A stretch of DNA of 64,000 nt, from positions 2,137 to 66,136 of the forward strand of contig NZCN01000015.1 of the NCBI GenBank assembly GCA_002688315.1, given 5' to 3'. The translations under genes were made by a program, and so were the position numbers. The DNA is from Candidatus Woesearchaeota archaeon (GTDB lineage: Archaea; Nanobdellota; Nanobdellia; Woesearchaeales; UBA10216). The notes below the pieces were generated by a model. That model ran no database searches and was not told the DNA's origin. It saw only the letters and a list, made by a program, of their open reading frames with translations. This document shows positions 45,264-54,923 of this stretch, piece after piece. The stretch's first letter is position 1; each line of letters begins with the position of its first letter.

Positions 45264-45308
45264 TTATTTTACACCGCCGTCACAAGAGCAGTCTTGTCCA
45301 GGACACAT
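45264..45308 (-). CDS. candidate 14-codon Cys-rich micro-ORF upstream of lgt
   Basis: GAGGTGA (45316..45322), a 7-nt spacer, then ATG TGT CCT GGA CAA GAC TGC TCT TGT GAC GGC GGT GTA AAA TAA = MCPGQDCSCDGGVK. Confidence 0.25.
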   Translation of the reverse strand: MCPGQDCSCDGGVK

Positions 45309-45387
45309 TAGCAAATCACCTCAAAAATAATTCTAAGAATTAGATTTTATAAAGTTTGTGTTGAAGTTGAAAATCTCATTCCACTGC

Positions 45388-45466
45388 TGTTCTTTTTTCC
45401 TTTTCCTTTTTATCTCTCTTTCTAAATTTTAAGGGAGAGATAAAAGAGAAAGAAGGCGAAAACGAG
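45388..45466 (-). terminator. long imperfect hairpin (pyrimidine arm / purine arm) directly after lysA
   Basis: The core is TTATCTCTC (45410..45418) / GAGAGATAA (45435..45443). Imperfect arms extend it to about 30 nt each. It starts 2 nt after the lysA stop. Confidence 0.35.
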
Positions 45467-45468
45467 AC

Positions 45469-46701
45469 TTAGTTATCTTCCTGCATCAAATCATGAATCT
45501 TCTCAGCCGGCCTAATAACGCTCATTTTCTTTCCAGAAACAAGAATTTCTGCAGGTCTTGGATGCATGTTATAGTTAGAAGACATTGAATAGCCATAAGC
45601 GCCTGCCATCATTATAGCAAGAACATCATTGTTTTTAACAGAAGGCAATTCTCTGTCTTTAATACCCTGTTTAGAAGCTGTAAACAAATCTGCTGAGTCA
45701 CTTAAATTGCCTGAAACAACAATCTTTTCTTTATTTTTGCTTTCAACATTGTTTATGTTAACAATAGGATGATAAGAACCGTAAAGAGCCGGCCTTAACA
45801 AATGATTAAATCCTGTATTAACGCTTACAAAAGTGTGCTTAGGTGTCGTCTTAACAGCGTTCACAGAACACAATAACACCCCTGATTCTGCAACCAAGTA
45901 ACGTCCTGGCTCAAAAACAAACAGCAAATCTTTGCCATAATTAATCGCAAATCGTTTAAGGATAGAAGAGATTTTTTCCCCTAATTTATTAATGTCCAAA
46001 GGAGTTTGGTCAGGAAGGTAAGGAACACCTATGCCCCCTCCAAAATTAATGAAATCAAGGTTCTTGAAGCTTTTTGCAACTGCCAGCAGAACATCAATAG
46101 AGTTTATGTAATCTTTAGCATCTAAAAGTTCAGTGCCTACATTGTGATGCAATCCCACGATATTGAGATTGTAAGCGTCTGCAGCTGAAATTGCCTGGTC
46201 CAAATTTCCCGCCCAGATTCCAAATTGAGTGTCAGGGCCGCTTAAAACATGCTTGCTTGACTTAACTGCGTGATTAATCCTTATAGAAACATTTGAGCGT
46301 GGATTCAACTTGCCATATCTTTCCAGCTGTGAAACAGAATCAATATTTATCAAAATTTTCTTGCTAATAGCAAATTTCATTTCCTGATTAGTAAGAGAAG
46401 GAGATGCAAGCATTATTTGATTTGGCTTAAAGCCAGCATTTAAAGCAACAAGAATCTCACCTATAGAAGCAGCTGATATTCCTGCTTTTTCTTCACGAAG
46501 AATTTGAAGAATTTTTTTATTAGCATTTGCTTTAGCAGCATAAAAAATCTTAAGTTTAGGATAAGAAATGCTTTCAGCCAATTCACGGTACTTATAGCGA
46601 ATTACATCTTCATCATAAACATAAACAGGAGTGCCAAACTTCTTAACAACGTCAGAAGCAGGTATTTCTCCAACATAAAGTTTGTTTTCAATGATATTCA
46701 T
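45469..46701 (-). CDS. lysA: diaminopimelate decarboxylase (PLP-dependent Orn/DAP/Arg decarboxylase family)
   Basis: Contains YAAKANAN (PLP Lys), GGGIGVPY, EPGRYLVAESG and GAYGYSMSSNYN. Substrate assignment is by family resemblance only. Confidence 0.8.
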   Translation of the reverse strand: MNIIENKLYVGEIPASDVVKKFGTPVYVYDEDVIRYKYRELAESISYPKLKIFYAAKANANKKILQILREEKAGISAASIGEILVALNAGFKPNQIMLASPSLTNQEMKFAISKKILINIDSVSQLERYGKLNPRSNVSIRINHAVKSSKHVLSGPDTQFGIWAGNLDQAISAADAYNLNIVGLHHNVGTELLDAKDYINSIDVLLAVAKSFKNLDFINFGGGIGVPYLPDQTPLDINKLGEKISSILKRFAINYGKDLLFVFEPGRYLVAESGVLLCSVNAVKTTPKHTFVSVNTGFNHLLRPALYGSYHPIVNINNVESKNKEKIVVSGNLSDSADLFTASKQGIKDRELPSVKNNDVLAIMMAGAYGYSMSSNYNMHPRPAEILVSGKKMSVIRPAEKIHDLMQEDN

Positions 46702-46754
46702 ATTATAAATATTAGAAGATGTCTTTTTAATCTTTTCTAATCTAACAGAAGAGT

Positions 46755-47309
46755 CTACTTCTTAACTTTCAATTTTTCAGTAACTGCCCTATCACTTAAA
46801 ATTGCAGAGTTTCCTGAAGGATCTTCTATTATGATTTTAGTTTTTTCATCGCCCCACATGACACGATTTATTTTTTTCAGAATGTTTTTTGCTTTTTTAA
46901 CGTTAGAGTTATCCTCTTCTGTATCACGAACTGCCTCAACCTGTTGCTTAACACGTTTTAAAAGCCCTTCAACATTAGTAACGTAACCATTAGATGATTC
47001 ACCAGGCTCAATGTCTGCAATGTAAGGTATCTTAACTTTCCCATTAGAAGACCTTACAATTTTAATTTCCATATCCTTTTCTCCAGAAACTTCAATAGAA
47101 GTCTTAACAGGCTCGCGTTTCTCAACAGATTCAACATCAGCCTTATGGAACTTGCACGCTTCGCAAGTCATGGAAAACAACGCAACTTTTCCAAAGTAAG
47201 GAATATCATCCTCGCGCTCAGTCAACGAAAGGGTTTTTTTATTGCAAACAGGGCAGGCTTCTCCATTAATAACATCAGCAACTGCAGGACTGTTTTCTTT
47301 AGCTGTCAT
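46755..47309 (-). CDS. ZPR1-type zinc finger protein
   Basis: Contains CPVCNKKTL...IPYFGKVALFSMTCEACKF, followed by the ZPR1 beta-barrel region. Confidence 0.85.
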   Translation of the reverse strand: MTAKENSPAVADVINGEACPVCNKKTLSLTEREDDIPYFGKVALFSMTCEACKFHKADVESVEKREPVKTSIEVSGEKDMEIKIVRSSNGKVKIPYIADIEPGESSNGYVTNVEGLLKRVKQQVEAVRDTEEDNSNVKKAKNILKKINRVMWGDEKTKIIIEDPSGNSAILSDRAVTEKLKVKK

Positions 47310-47352
47310 TTATAGAAAATTCTGCGCAAATCAATTTAAAAATGTTGTGGTG

Positions 47353-49446
47353 CTACTTAATCTTAGCTCTATCGTCAGCGTCAACAACCACGTCACTTTT
47401 TTCTGTCTTTAGAATTCGTTCGCCGTAGAAAATTCGTTTTCCTTCCACTGATAAACCGAGAGAGTAAAACTTTTCAATATCCACTTCCTGCGTTGATGAT
47501 TCCAAGCCTTCAGCAAAAACAGAGTCTCCGGAAGAAGCTTTAGGGGCTGCTAAGAGCATTGGCTTGCTGTTTTTTTCTGCTGTAAGCAGCATGCCTTGGC
47601 TTTCAATACCTCTAAGCTTTGCATGCTTCAAATTTGTAACAACAACAACTTGTTTGCCTTTCAATTCTTCTTTTGAATAAAACTCTTTCAAGCCTGCAAC
47701 CAAAGTTCTTCCCTCATTTCCAATTTTTATTTTAAGCACGTAAAGCTTGTCAGCATTAGGATGGTCTTCTACTGAATCAACAACAGCTATTTTGAGATTT
47801 GCAAGGAATAATTCAGAGCCAAGCTGAGGAGTTTCCTCTATATTGGTAAAGATTATTCGGCCCATGTTTATCTTACAGTTAGCAAGGCCAAAATTCAAAT
47901 CATTGAAAGTAAGCTTGTTAAGTCCTAATTGCTTTTGTATTTTTACAGAGAAGTTTGGCAATACAGGATAGAGAAGAATGGCCAAATTTTTAACAATGTT
48001 TGCTGAGAATGTTAAAATTTCATGGCATTTCTTTTTATCTTCTTTCAAGAGTTTCCATGGTTCATTATCTTGAAGATATTTATTTCCTTCACTGCTGATT
48101 TCCAAAATAACTTTTACTGCGTCTCTGAAATTATAAGCAGCATAACTCTTAAGGATGTCATTAAACTTTGACTGTAAAGTTGCTGCTAAAATAGTATCTT
48201 CATTTGTTTTTGAGATTTTGCCAAGTTTTGAGTCAAAGTTTTTATTAATAAAATTCAAAGAGCGGTAAATAAAATTAGAAATATTAGAAACAAGTTCGTT
48301 GTTGACTTTGCTCTGAAAATCCTTGAAATCAAGATCAATATCAGAAGTTGTCTTAGCAAGATTGGAAGCATAGTAAAATCTCAAAAGTTCTGGGTCATAT
48401 TTGTCAAGATACTCGCGAGCTGTAAAAAATGTGCCTCTTGACTTAGACATTTTCTCACCGTTTATAGTGAGGAAGCCATGAACTACAACATCTTTTGGAA
48501 GATTGTAACCGACACCCATCAACATTGCAGGCCAAAACAACAAGTGAAAATAAATAATGTCTTTTCCGATGAAATGTATTATTTCAGAGTCTTTTGACTG
48601 CCAAAATATTGAAGCATCTTTTTTTAACTTGTCTTTAGCATATTTTTCAGATGCTGAAACATACCCAATAGGAGCGTCAAGCCATACATAATAATATTTG
48701 TTAAGCTGTTCAGGAATCTTAAAGCCAAAATAAGGCCCGTCTCTTGTTATGTCCCAGTCTTCCAACCCTGATTTAATCCAGCCCATAACAAAGTTTTTAA
48801 TCTCTGGCTGTAAATTTTTGTTTTTTGTAATCCAATCTTTCAATTTATCAGAGAACTTGCTTAAAGTAAAGAAATAATGTGAGGATGTTTTTCTTATTGG
48901 AGCAGCACCGCAAATAGAGCATTTTGGCTCAATCAAATCAATAGGCTTGTAAACTGAGTTGCATTTCTCGCATTGATCGCCGTATTGTTCTGTTGCTTTG
49001 CATTTAGGACAGGTTCCTCTAACAAACCTATCAGGAAGAAAACGCTTGTCTTTCTCGCAGTAAGTCTGCTCTATCAATTTTTCATGGATAAATCCTTTTT
49101 TCTTTAAAGTGTTGTAAAAGAAATCACTGTAAGTTTTGTTTTCTTTGCTGTGAGTGGTATGGTAAACATCAAAATCAATCAGAAAGTCGTTAAAATCAGT
49201 TATGTGTTCCTTGCCGTACTTTTCTATGAGCTCTTCAGGCTTAATTCCTGCCTTTGAAGAAGCAATTTCAATAGGAGCGCCATGTGAATCATCAGCGCAA
49301 ACAAAAACCACTTCAGTTCCTGACATTTTAAGGAAACGAACAAACACGTCAGTCTGCACGTACTCAACCATGTGCCCAAGATGCAAAGAGCCATTAGCAT
49401 AAGGCAATGCAGACGTTACTAATATCTTATTCTTATTCGAAACCAT
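47353..49446 (-). CDS. metG: methionyl-tRNA synthetase with C-terminal tRNA-binding (Trbp111/EMAP-like) domain
   Basis: Contains the HIGH variant PYANGSLHLGH, the zinc knuckles CPKC...CEKC and CSIC, KMSKS, and a C-terminal OB-fold (VEDHPNADKLYVLKI). Confidence 0.97.
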   Translation of the reverse strand: MVSNKNKILVTSALPYANGSLHLGHMVEYVQTDVFVRFLKMSGTEVVFVCADDSHGAPIEIASSKAGIKPEELIEKYGKEHITDFNDFLIDFDVYHTTHSKENKTYSDFFYNTLKKKGFIHEKLIEQTYCEKDKRFLPDRFVRGTCPKCKATEQYGDQCEKCNSVYKPIDLIEPKCSICGAAPIRKTSSHYFFTLSKFSDKLKDWITKNKNLQPEIKNFVMGWIKSGLEDWDITRDGPYFGFKIPEQLNKYYYVWLDAPIGYVSASEKYAKDKLKKDASIFWQSKDSEIIHFIGKDIIYFHLLFWPAMLMGVGYNLPKDVVVHGFLTINGEKMSKSRGTFFTAREYLDKYDPELLRFYYASNLAKTTSDIDLDFKDFQSKVNNELVSNISNFIYRSLNFINKNFDSKLGKISKTNEDTILAATLQSKFNDILKSYAAYNFRDAVKVILEISSEGNKYLQDNEPWKLLKEDKKKCHEILTFSANIVKNLAILLYPVLPNFSVKIQKQLGLNKLTFNDLNFGLANCKINMGRIIFTNIEETPQLGSELFLANLKIAVVDSVEDHPNADKLYVLKIKIGNEGRTLVAGLKEFYSKEELKGKQVVVVTNLKHAKLRGIESQGMLLTAEKNSKPMLLAAPKASSGDSVFAEGLESSTQEVDIEKFYSLGLSVEGKRIFYGERILKTEKSDVVVDADDRAKIK

Positions 49447-49491
49447 GACAAACTAGAAAGGAAGATGGTTTAAATAGTTTGTTGCTATAGA

Positions 49492-49920
49492 TTATCGTTT
49501 CTTTTCCTTCATCTTCTTGGTAACGTCAAGATTTCCAGCACATTTATTGCAGGTAAAACGCAATGTTTTGACTCCGTCAATATTTTTTCGCACAAAAGGA
49601 ATCTCAGTTTCACCTTTATTGCTGCAGCCAGGGCAAGTGTATTCTGCACAAGCAACCAAAGAATCTTCATATTCCTGTTTTTCAACAGTGTGATTGCATT
49701 CAGGGCAAACGTACTCTTTAGCGCGCATTTTAACTTTGCCAGACTTATCGCGAGGCTTGCCCATCTTTTCCTTGCCGCATTTCGTGCAAGTTCCTTTGAA
49801 CACCCAAGTCATAATCTCCCCCTTAGGCTCACCATTTTCATCATTTAAAGAACGCTGGGTAAAGTAAACACACTCGTCCATTGACTCTGGCTTACGGGCT
49901 GGCATGAAAAAATCAATCAA
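49492..49920 (-). CDS. multi zinc-ribbon protein (four CxxC pairs)
   Basis: The four pairs are CTKC, CPEC, CPGC and CNKC, regularly spaced. The start is uncertain (M1 or M6). Confidence 0.55.
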   Translation of the reverse strand: MIDFFMPARKPESMDECVYFTQRSLNDENGEPKGEIMTWVFKGTCTKCGKEKMGKPRDKSGKVKMRAKEYVCPECNHTVEKQEYEDSLVACAEYTCPGCSNKGETEIPFVRKNIDGVKTLRFTCNKCAGNLDVTKKMKEKKR

Positions 49921-49954
49921 ACGGCTGTATTTAAATCTTTCGTCACTAAAATTA

Positions 49955-50584
49955 TTATTTTAAATATTTTAAAAACCAGTCAGACGCAAGCCCAGAAACA
50001 GTCTCTAAAGTCCCTGGCTCTTCAAACAAATGAGTAGCACCTTCAACTATTTCCATTTTCTTCTCAGAAGTAATCTTGTCATAAGCCTGCTTATTGAGCT
50101 CAATAACAACATCATCATTACCACCAACTATGAGCAGGGTAGGTGCTTTAAGCTTACTCAAATAATCTCCAGAAAGGTCAGGCCTACCTCCGCGAGAAAC
50201 AACAGCTTTGACAAAGTTAAGCCGTGCAGCCACGTTAATAGCTGCAGCAGCACCTGTGCTTGCGCCAAAATAGCCAATGTTTAGGCGTTTGCATTTAGGA
50301 TGTTTTATAATAAAATTAGTGGCTGTAACGAGTCTTTCAGTAATAAGGTTAATGTCAAAACGAGTTTCATAAATTACATCTTCCTCTTCTGTAAGAAGGT
50401 CGAAGAGAAGTGTTGCGATTCTTGCTTTTTGCAAGACCTCTGCTACAAACTGGTTTCTTGGGCTTAATCTGCTTGAACCAGCACCATGGGCAAACAATAC
50501 CAAGCCTTTTACATTTTCAGGAATAACAAGTATTCCCTCTAGCTTTACAGAATCTGCAGGGATAGTAACAGATTGCGATACCAT
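49955..50584 (-). CDS. dienelactone hydrolase-family alpha/beta hydrolase
   Basis: Contains FAHGAGSS, the nucleophile elbow YFGASTGAAAA, and a C-terminal ...GATHLFEEPG. Confidence 0.8.
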   Translation of the reverse strand: MVSQSVTIPADSVKLEGILVIPENVKGLVLFAHGAGSSRLSPRNQFVAEVLQKARIATLLFDLLTEEEDVIYETRFDINLITERLVTATNFIIKHPKCKRLNIGYFGASTGAAAAINVAARLNFVKAVVSRGGRPDLSGDYLSKLKAPTLLIVGGNDDVVIELNKQAYDKITSEKKMEIVEGATHLFEEPGTLETVSGLASDWFLKYLK

Positions 50585-50677
50585 AAAAACTAGTATGATA
50601 CTGCTGCTTATAAAATTTTTTCATTGAAATTGCAAAGTGTTTGATAAAAATGTGGGCATAAGAATTATAATAAAAAA

Positions 50678-50750
50678 TAGCCCTGCCCGGATTTGAACCA
50701 GGGTTTCCAGGCCCAGAACCTAGCGTGCTTGGCCACTACACTACAGGGCT
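50678..50750 (-). tRNA. tRNA-Gln(CUG), intron-less
   Basis: A1-U72 acceptor AGCCCTG/CAGGGCT, anticodon stem CTAGG/CCTGG with loop TTCTGGG, T-arm CCTGG TTCAAAT CCGGG, discriminator A. Confidence 0.9.
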
Positions 50751-50877
50751 ATAAGAAATAAGATTTGTGAACTGATTTTTAAGTGTTTCTGCAATAAACG
50801 TATAAGTAATAATTTATAGGATTATATAGTAAATTATCAAAACATTTAAATATTAGTATAGTAAATAGTATACTAAG

Positions 50878-51123
50878 GTGGTAAAAAGAGTTGTTTTACT
50901 ATACTTCATGACAAAAGAGGCAAGAACGTATTGGGCTTTGATGGCAGTGTTGGTAACGATTGCATTAACTTCTTTCACAGTTCAAGAAATACTTTCTTCT
51001 GACACAAATGAAGAAGTATCAAATGAAATAACAGGCAATGCAATGCTTGAAGCTGCAGAAGTTGAAGATGTTAATTTAAACGGAGCGTTAGTTAAAGTTT
51101 CTAACCGACTTGAAGAATCATAG
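50878..51123 (+). CDS. possible small membrane/secreted protein (81 aa, GTG start)
   Basis: There is one hydrophobic segment (YWALMAVLVTIALTSF). Support is weak. Confidence 0.25.
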   Translation: MVKRVVLLYFMTKEARTYWALMAVLVTIALTSFTVQEILSSDTNEEVSNEITGNAMLEAAEVEDVNLNGALVKVSNRLEES

Positions 51124-51158
51124 CAACTATTAAAAACAGATAATTGTTTCTTTTTCTT

Positions 51159-51767
51159 ATGAAACTCATAACAGAAGGCGCTGAAGCAAGCATTTTCTTG
51201 GATAAAGATAGGATTGTTAAGAAACGCCATAAAAAAAGTTACAGAATTAAAGAGCTTGATGAAAAGCTTCGATTGTTCAGAACGAAGAGAGAAGCCAAGA
51301 TAATGGAAAAGCTGAGAACAATTGGAGTTGCAGTTCCTAAGTTAATTTCTGTCAAAGAGAAAGATACTACGATTGCAATGGAATATGTTAATGGAAAAAA
51401 AGTAAGGGATGTTCTTAACAACAGTAATTGTGCTGAGATTATTGAAAAAATAGGAATAATGGTTGCGATGATGCATAATAATAACATAATTCATGGCGAC
51501 TTAACTACGTCTAACATGATCAAAAACAGCAACAAGATTTACTTTGTTGACTTTGGATTAGGATTTTTTTCTGACAAAACAGAAGACAAAGCTGTTGACC
51601 TGCACTTGCTAAAGCAGGCATTGAACAGCAGCCATAGCAAGATTTCGGATAAATGTTTCGCTGCTGTTGTTAAAGGGTATATGAAAGACAATAGCGATAG
51701 CAGTGAAGTAATGAAACGCTTGGAGAAGGTTGAAAACAGAGGAAAGTATAAAGGAAAGAAGAAATAA
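51159..51767 (+). CDS. bud32: Kae1-associated kinase Bud32
   Basis: Contains LITEGAEASIF, VKKRHKKSYR..LDEKLRLFRTKREAKIM, HGDLTTSNM and VDFGL. Start re-picked to ATG 51159. Confidence 0.85.
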   Translation: MKLITEGAEASIFLDKDRIVKKRHKKSYRIKELDEKLRLFRTKREAKIMEKLRTIGVAVPKLISVKEKDTTIAMEYVNGKKVRDVLNNSNCAEIIEKIGIMVAMMHNNNIIHGDLTTSNMIKNSNKIYFVDFGLGFFSDKTEDKAVDLHLLKQALNSSHSKISDKCFAAVVKGYMKDNSDSSEVMKRLEKVENRGKYKGKKK

Positions 51768-51769
51768 AA

Positions 51770-51982
51770 TCATTCAGACTTAGCTTCTTGCTCAGGTCTT
51801 TTTACTGTAATAGGAATAGCATCTTTTGCAAACTCTAACTTTGCTATCTCAACAGGATTGTAATGAACTGCTTCAAGTTCTTTTTCAGAAAGTTTTACCA
51901 TAAAAGGAGCTCCACTAGCGAGCTGGAGAGCTCTTGCTCCAATTATTCTTGCTTTCTCGTATTTAGAATAGTTTTGAGGCAT
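51770..51982 (-). CDS. rpoK: DNA-directed RNA polymerase subunit K (Rpo6)
   Basis: Contains YEKARIIGARALQLASGAP in a 70-aa protein. Confidence 0.9.
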   Translation of the reverse strand: MPQNYSKYEKARIIGARALQLASGAPFMVKLSEKELEAVHYNPVEIAKLEFAKDAIPITVKRPEQEAKSE

Positions 51983-52030
51983 TTGAGATAAGTTTTCTGG
52001 ATGTGTTTATAAGCTTATTGCTATTGTTAC

Positions 52031-52804
52031 TTACAATAATTTTCTCAATTCTTTTGACTTTGTTTGTGCCAAAGACGCCATAGCTAAAATTTCGTCAGCA
52101 GTTATAGGCTGCTCACCGCCTTTTTGCATTGCCACAACACTTCCATCTTCAAGGACAGCAGCTGTAAGCCTTGCATCAGCAACATCCTCTTCTTCAGGAA
52201 GCGGGTCTACAATAAGGTGTTTGCCTATCTTGTACACTGTTACAGTAATAGGGATGTTTTTTGATAAAGGAATGCTTTCCTTTGTAAGCTCGGAATAGTT
52301 AACAACACCATCTTCACGCTTTGGAAGCTTTGCATTTAACAGGGCAACAATGGATGCAAAAGCTGAAGCATCAATAAGATTGCCATGAGCGTTTATAGTT
52401 AAAACATCAATCATAACACTCCAAACTTCTTCTTTTGGAGTCAGGCAAAGCTTGTTTCTATCAATGGTATTTGCCTCGCGAATGCCTCTGTCAATAATTC
52501 TTGCCACTTCAATAGCTTCTTCTGATGGTGGGCCAGGCTCAAATCTAGAGTTTGACAATGGAAGAAGCTCAGCATTAACCATAAGATTGCCTTCTTCAGG
52601 ACTGTCAGGATATGGCTGCTCAACAGCTGTCTTAACACCTGCTAAAATTTCAGTATCACCGATTAAAACACGAGCAGATCCTTCTGCATTCTTTGAAACG
52701 TTTTTTTCAACAGTAACTTTTCTTAATTCATCCAGTTTTCGTCCATCAAAACGTATACCTGCGTCAAGTGCCTTCAAAATATGCTCACGAATAGAACTAT
52801 TCAT
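52031..52804 (-). CDS. rrp42: exosome complex component Rrp42
   Basis: RNase PH-like fold (IRFDGRKLDELRKV..., PGPPSEEAIEVARIIDRGIRE). Start re-picked to the in-frame Met 17, which overlaps the rrp41 stop. Confidence 0.9.
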   Translation of the reverse strand: MNSSIREHILKALDAGIRFDGRKLDELRKVTVEKNVSKNAEGSARVLIGDTEILAGVKTAVEQPYPDSPEEGNLMVNAELLPLSNSRFEPGPPSEEAIEVARIIDRGIREANTIDRNKLCLTPKEEVWSVMIDVLTINAHGNLIDASAFASIVALLNAKLPKREDGVVNYSELTKESIPLSKNIPITVTVYKIGKHLIVDPLPEEEDVADARLTAAVLEDGSVVAMQKGGEQPITADEILAMASLAQTKSKELRKLL

Positions 52805-53516
52805 TTTTATCACCAGAGAACTTTGATTTAAGAGCTTTTTTCTGAACATCATATATCTGACTGCATGCTTTTTTGCCTAATTCAAGAGCTTTTTTTAGCT
52901 CATCTTTAGTAACCCGTCCATCCATTTGAAGCAAAGTAAGTTTGCCAGACCGAGGAATGACTGCAATAGGTATATCTGCCACTTCTCCATCGTAAGATTC
53001 TTCTTTATAATCCAAGTCCACTAAAACTTTACCGTCAACTTTGCCTACTGAAACAGATGCTACAAGATCTTTCATTGCAAAGCCTGCATCTGCCAAAGCC
53101 ATGGAAGCAGCGCATATTCCAGCGCAACGAGTTCCTGCATCTGTCTGAGAAAGTTCTATAAAGACATCAACAACTGCATTAGGAAAATCTTCAAGGTTAA
53201 GAACTGATGCTAAAGATGACTCAATAACCATGGATATTTCTTTTGAACGCCTGTTGCCTCCAGGCCTTACTCTATCTCCAGCTCCTGAAAAAGGCATCAT
53301 ATTATATTTGCAGCGCAAAACACCTTTCTCAGGGTTTTGTAAAAACTTAGGGTGAAAATTTCTAGGACCATAAACAGCAGCGTATGCAACAGTATCTCCA
53401 ATTTTAAACATGGCAGAACCATTTGCTTCTTTTATAACACCAACTTTCGCTGATATTTTTCTCATTTCATCAGCTTTCCTTCCATCTAATCTTTTTTCAT
53501 ATGCCATTTTAATCAC
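52797..53516 (-). CDS. rrp41: exosome complex exonuclease Rrp41
   Basis: Contains RLDGRKADEMRKI, PGGNRRSKEIS and TDAGTRCAGICAASMALADAG. Confidence 0.95.
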   Translation of the reverse strand: MIKMAYEKRLDGRKADEMRKISAKVGVIKEANGSAMFKIGDTVAYAAVYGPRNFHPKFLQNPEKGVLRCKYNMMPFSGAGDRVRPGGNRRSKEISMVIESSLASVLNLEDFPNAVVDVFIELSQTDAGTRCAGICAASMALADAGFAMKDLVASVSVGKVDGKVLVDLDYKEESYDGEVADIPIAVIPRSGKLTLLQMDGRVTKDELKKALELGKKACSQIYDVQKKALKSKFSGDKNE

Positions 53517-54199
53517 TTCTTAAGCTCCTTATCCAAAAATTTTTTTATGCGTTCTGTAAGTCCTGGAACATGACTTTCTGCGCTTATCTTTTCGATAGAT
53601 TTCACAGCAACTAACTCGTTATTAGGAGAGCCTTGAATCCATATAATGCCATTTTGACCAACTGAAATTCTGCAGTCAGTAGCTTCTTTAATCATATTAA
53701 CCATGCTGCCTGCTTTTCCTATAACACGAGGCATTTTATTGGGATCAATATGCATAATACGGCCTTCGCCAAGCTTCTTCAATCCAGGAGCTTTAAGTGT
53801 TAAATCAACAATATTTTGCGAGGTAACATTAGTTATGCCTGCAACAATGTAATCGCCAAAAGTAAAGTATCTTGTAAGGTCAGCGCCTTTTGCTATAAAT
53901 TCAGAACTTGCGTCTCTTAAATTGAGTAAAGCTGAATATGCGCTGTTAATATAGCAGCGCCATCCATTAAGAGTAATGTCTTCAACTTTTGCAATTATAA
54001 CATCTCCTCGTTTAGGAAGATATTTTCCTGAAAAAGGAATTATTTTAAGCAGCCTACCTTCAATGTGCAACAGGCCAAGACGAGCTGCAACGATTTTATC
54101 ACCATCTCTGTAAGTTCCATTTGTAGGAAGGTAATCCATGCCTGAAGCAAGTTCTTCTCCAGGAACAACAACTGATTTATCTTTTGTTAATAAGGCCAT
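53513..54199 (-). CDS. rrp4: exosome RNA-binding subunit Rrp4 (S1 + KH)
   Basis: N-terminal domain, S1 (PKRGDVIIAKVEDI) and KH (RVIGKAGSMVNMIKE). Confidence 0.93.
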   Translation of the reverse strand: MALLTKDKSVVVPGEELASGMDYLPTNGTYRDGDKIVAARLGLLHIEGRLLKIIPFSGKYLPKRGDVIIAKVEDITLNGWRCYINSAYSALLNLRDASSEFIAKGADLTRYFTFGDYIVAGITNVTSQNIVDLTLKAPGLKKLGEGRIMHIDPNKMPRVIGKAGSMVNMIKEATDCRISVGQNGIIWIQGSPNNELVAVKSIEKISAESHVPGLTERIKKFLDKELKK

Positions 54200-54200
54200 T

Positions 54201-54920
54201 TTAGTTTTCCTCTGAAATTTTTATATCAACGTCGCCATGAGTAAGCTTGTTAAGTTGCTCTGTAAGTTCTTGCTGAAGTCCTGCAGGAATTTCAATTACT
54301 GAAAGCAGTGTTCCATCGCTATGCCATGTGTCTTTAATTATTCGTCCAAAGCCTTTAAGTGTTGAATAAGCCTTAGATGCATATTTTGAAGGAATTAGAA
54401 GCTGGAGCTTTCTTGTTTCGAAACGAATAGGCAATATAGGCCTTAACAATTTCAGAACACCTTCAAGCTGGTCTTCAGCTTTACGCTCATCAACATGCAC
54501 TTTAGCTTCATTAAAAGCATTTTCCAAACGAGTAACAGGATGAGGAAGGTTTGTTTTTGGGTCAACAGCATTTCGATGAATAAGCTCTATAAGCTGCTTT
54601 TTTTTAGCATCTCTAAGAGAATCACGATATTGCGAAGTTAGTTGAATTTTACCTTTGCTAAGAACAACTTCTGCAATTTTAACAGAGTCAACAGTTTCAA
54701 AAACTTTTTTCATTGACTCTTCAGAAGCAAGCAAGCCTTTTTTTGCATCTGAAAACACTTTTTCATACTTCATTGTTTCCTTAACGTCGGATATAGAACC
54801 ATTTTTATAAGAAATTGCTTTATCCGGTTCTACAATTATTTCAAACTGCTCACCGCCCTTGGTTAAACGGGCAAGGTTAAAATGAGCTTTTTCTTTATCA
54901 AACAGTTCAGAACCTTTCAT
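54201..54920 (-). CDS. SBDS-family ribosome maturation protein
   Basis: Contains ARLTKGGEQFEIIVEPDKA (FYSH domain). Its position between psmA and rrp4 is typical of the archaeal superoperon. Confidence 0.9.
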   Translation of the reverse strand: MKGSELFDKEKAHFNLARLTKGGEQFEIIVEPDKAISYKNGSISDVKETMKYEKVFSDAKKGLLASEESMKKVFETVDSVKIAEVVLSKGKIQLTSQYRDSLRDAKKKQLIELIHRNAVDPKTNLPHPVTRLENAFNEAKVHVDERKAEDQLEGVLKLLRPILPIRFETRKLQLLIPSKYASKAYSTLKGFGRIIKDTWHSDGTLLSVIEIPAGLQQELTEQLNKLTHGDVDIKISEEN

Positions 54921-54923
54921 AAT

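Noticed and set aside
52731-52745. A possible frameshift in rrp42: my hand reading across the line break gave ttttccgtcc, one base more than the ttttcgtcc needed for ...FDGRKLDEL...
   Set aside because: The supplied ORF track shows rrp42, rrp41 and the antisense ORF all intact, with lengths divisible by three. I therefore attribute this to my own counting or reading. It does mean my hand-derived coordinates can be off by 1 nt.
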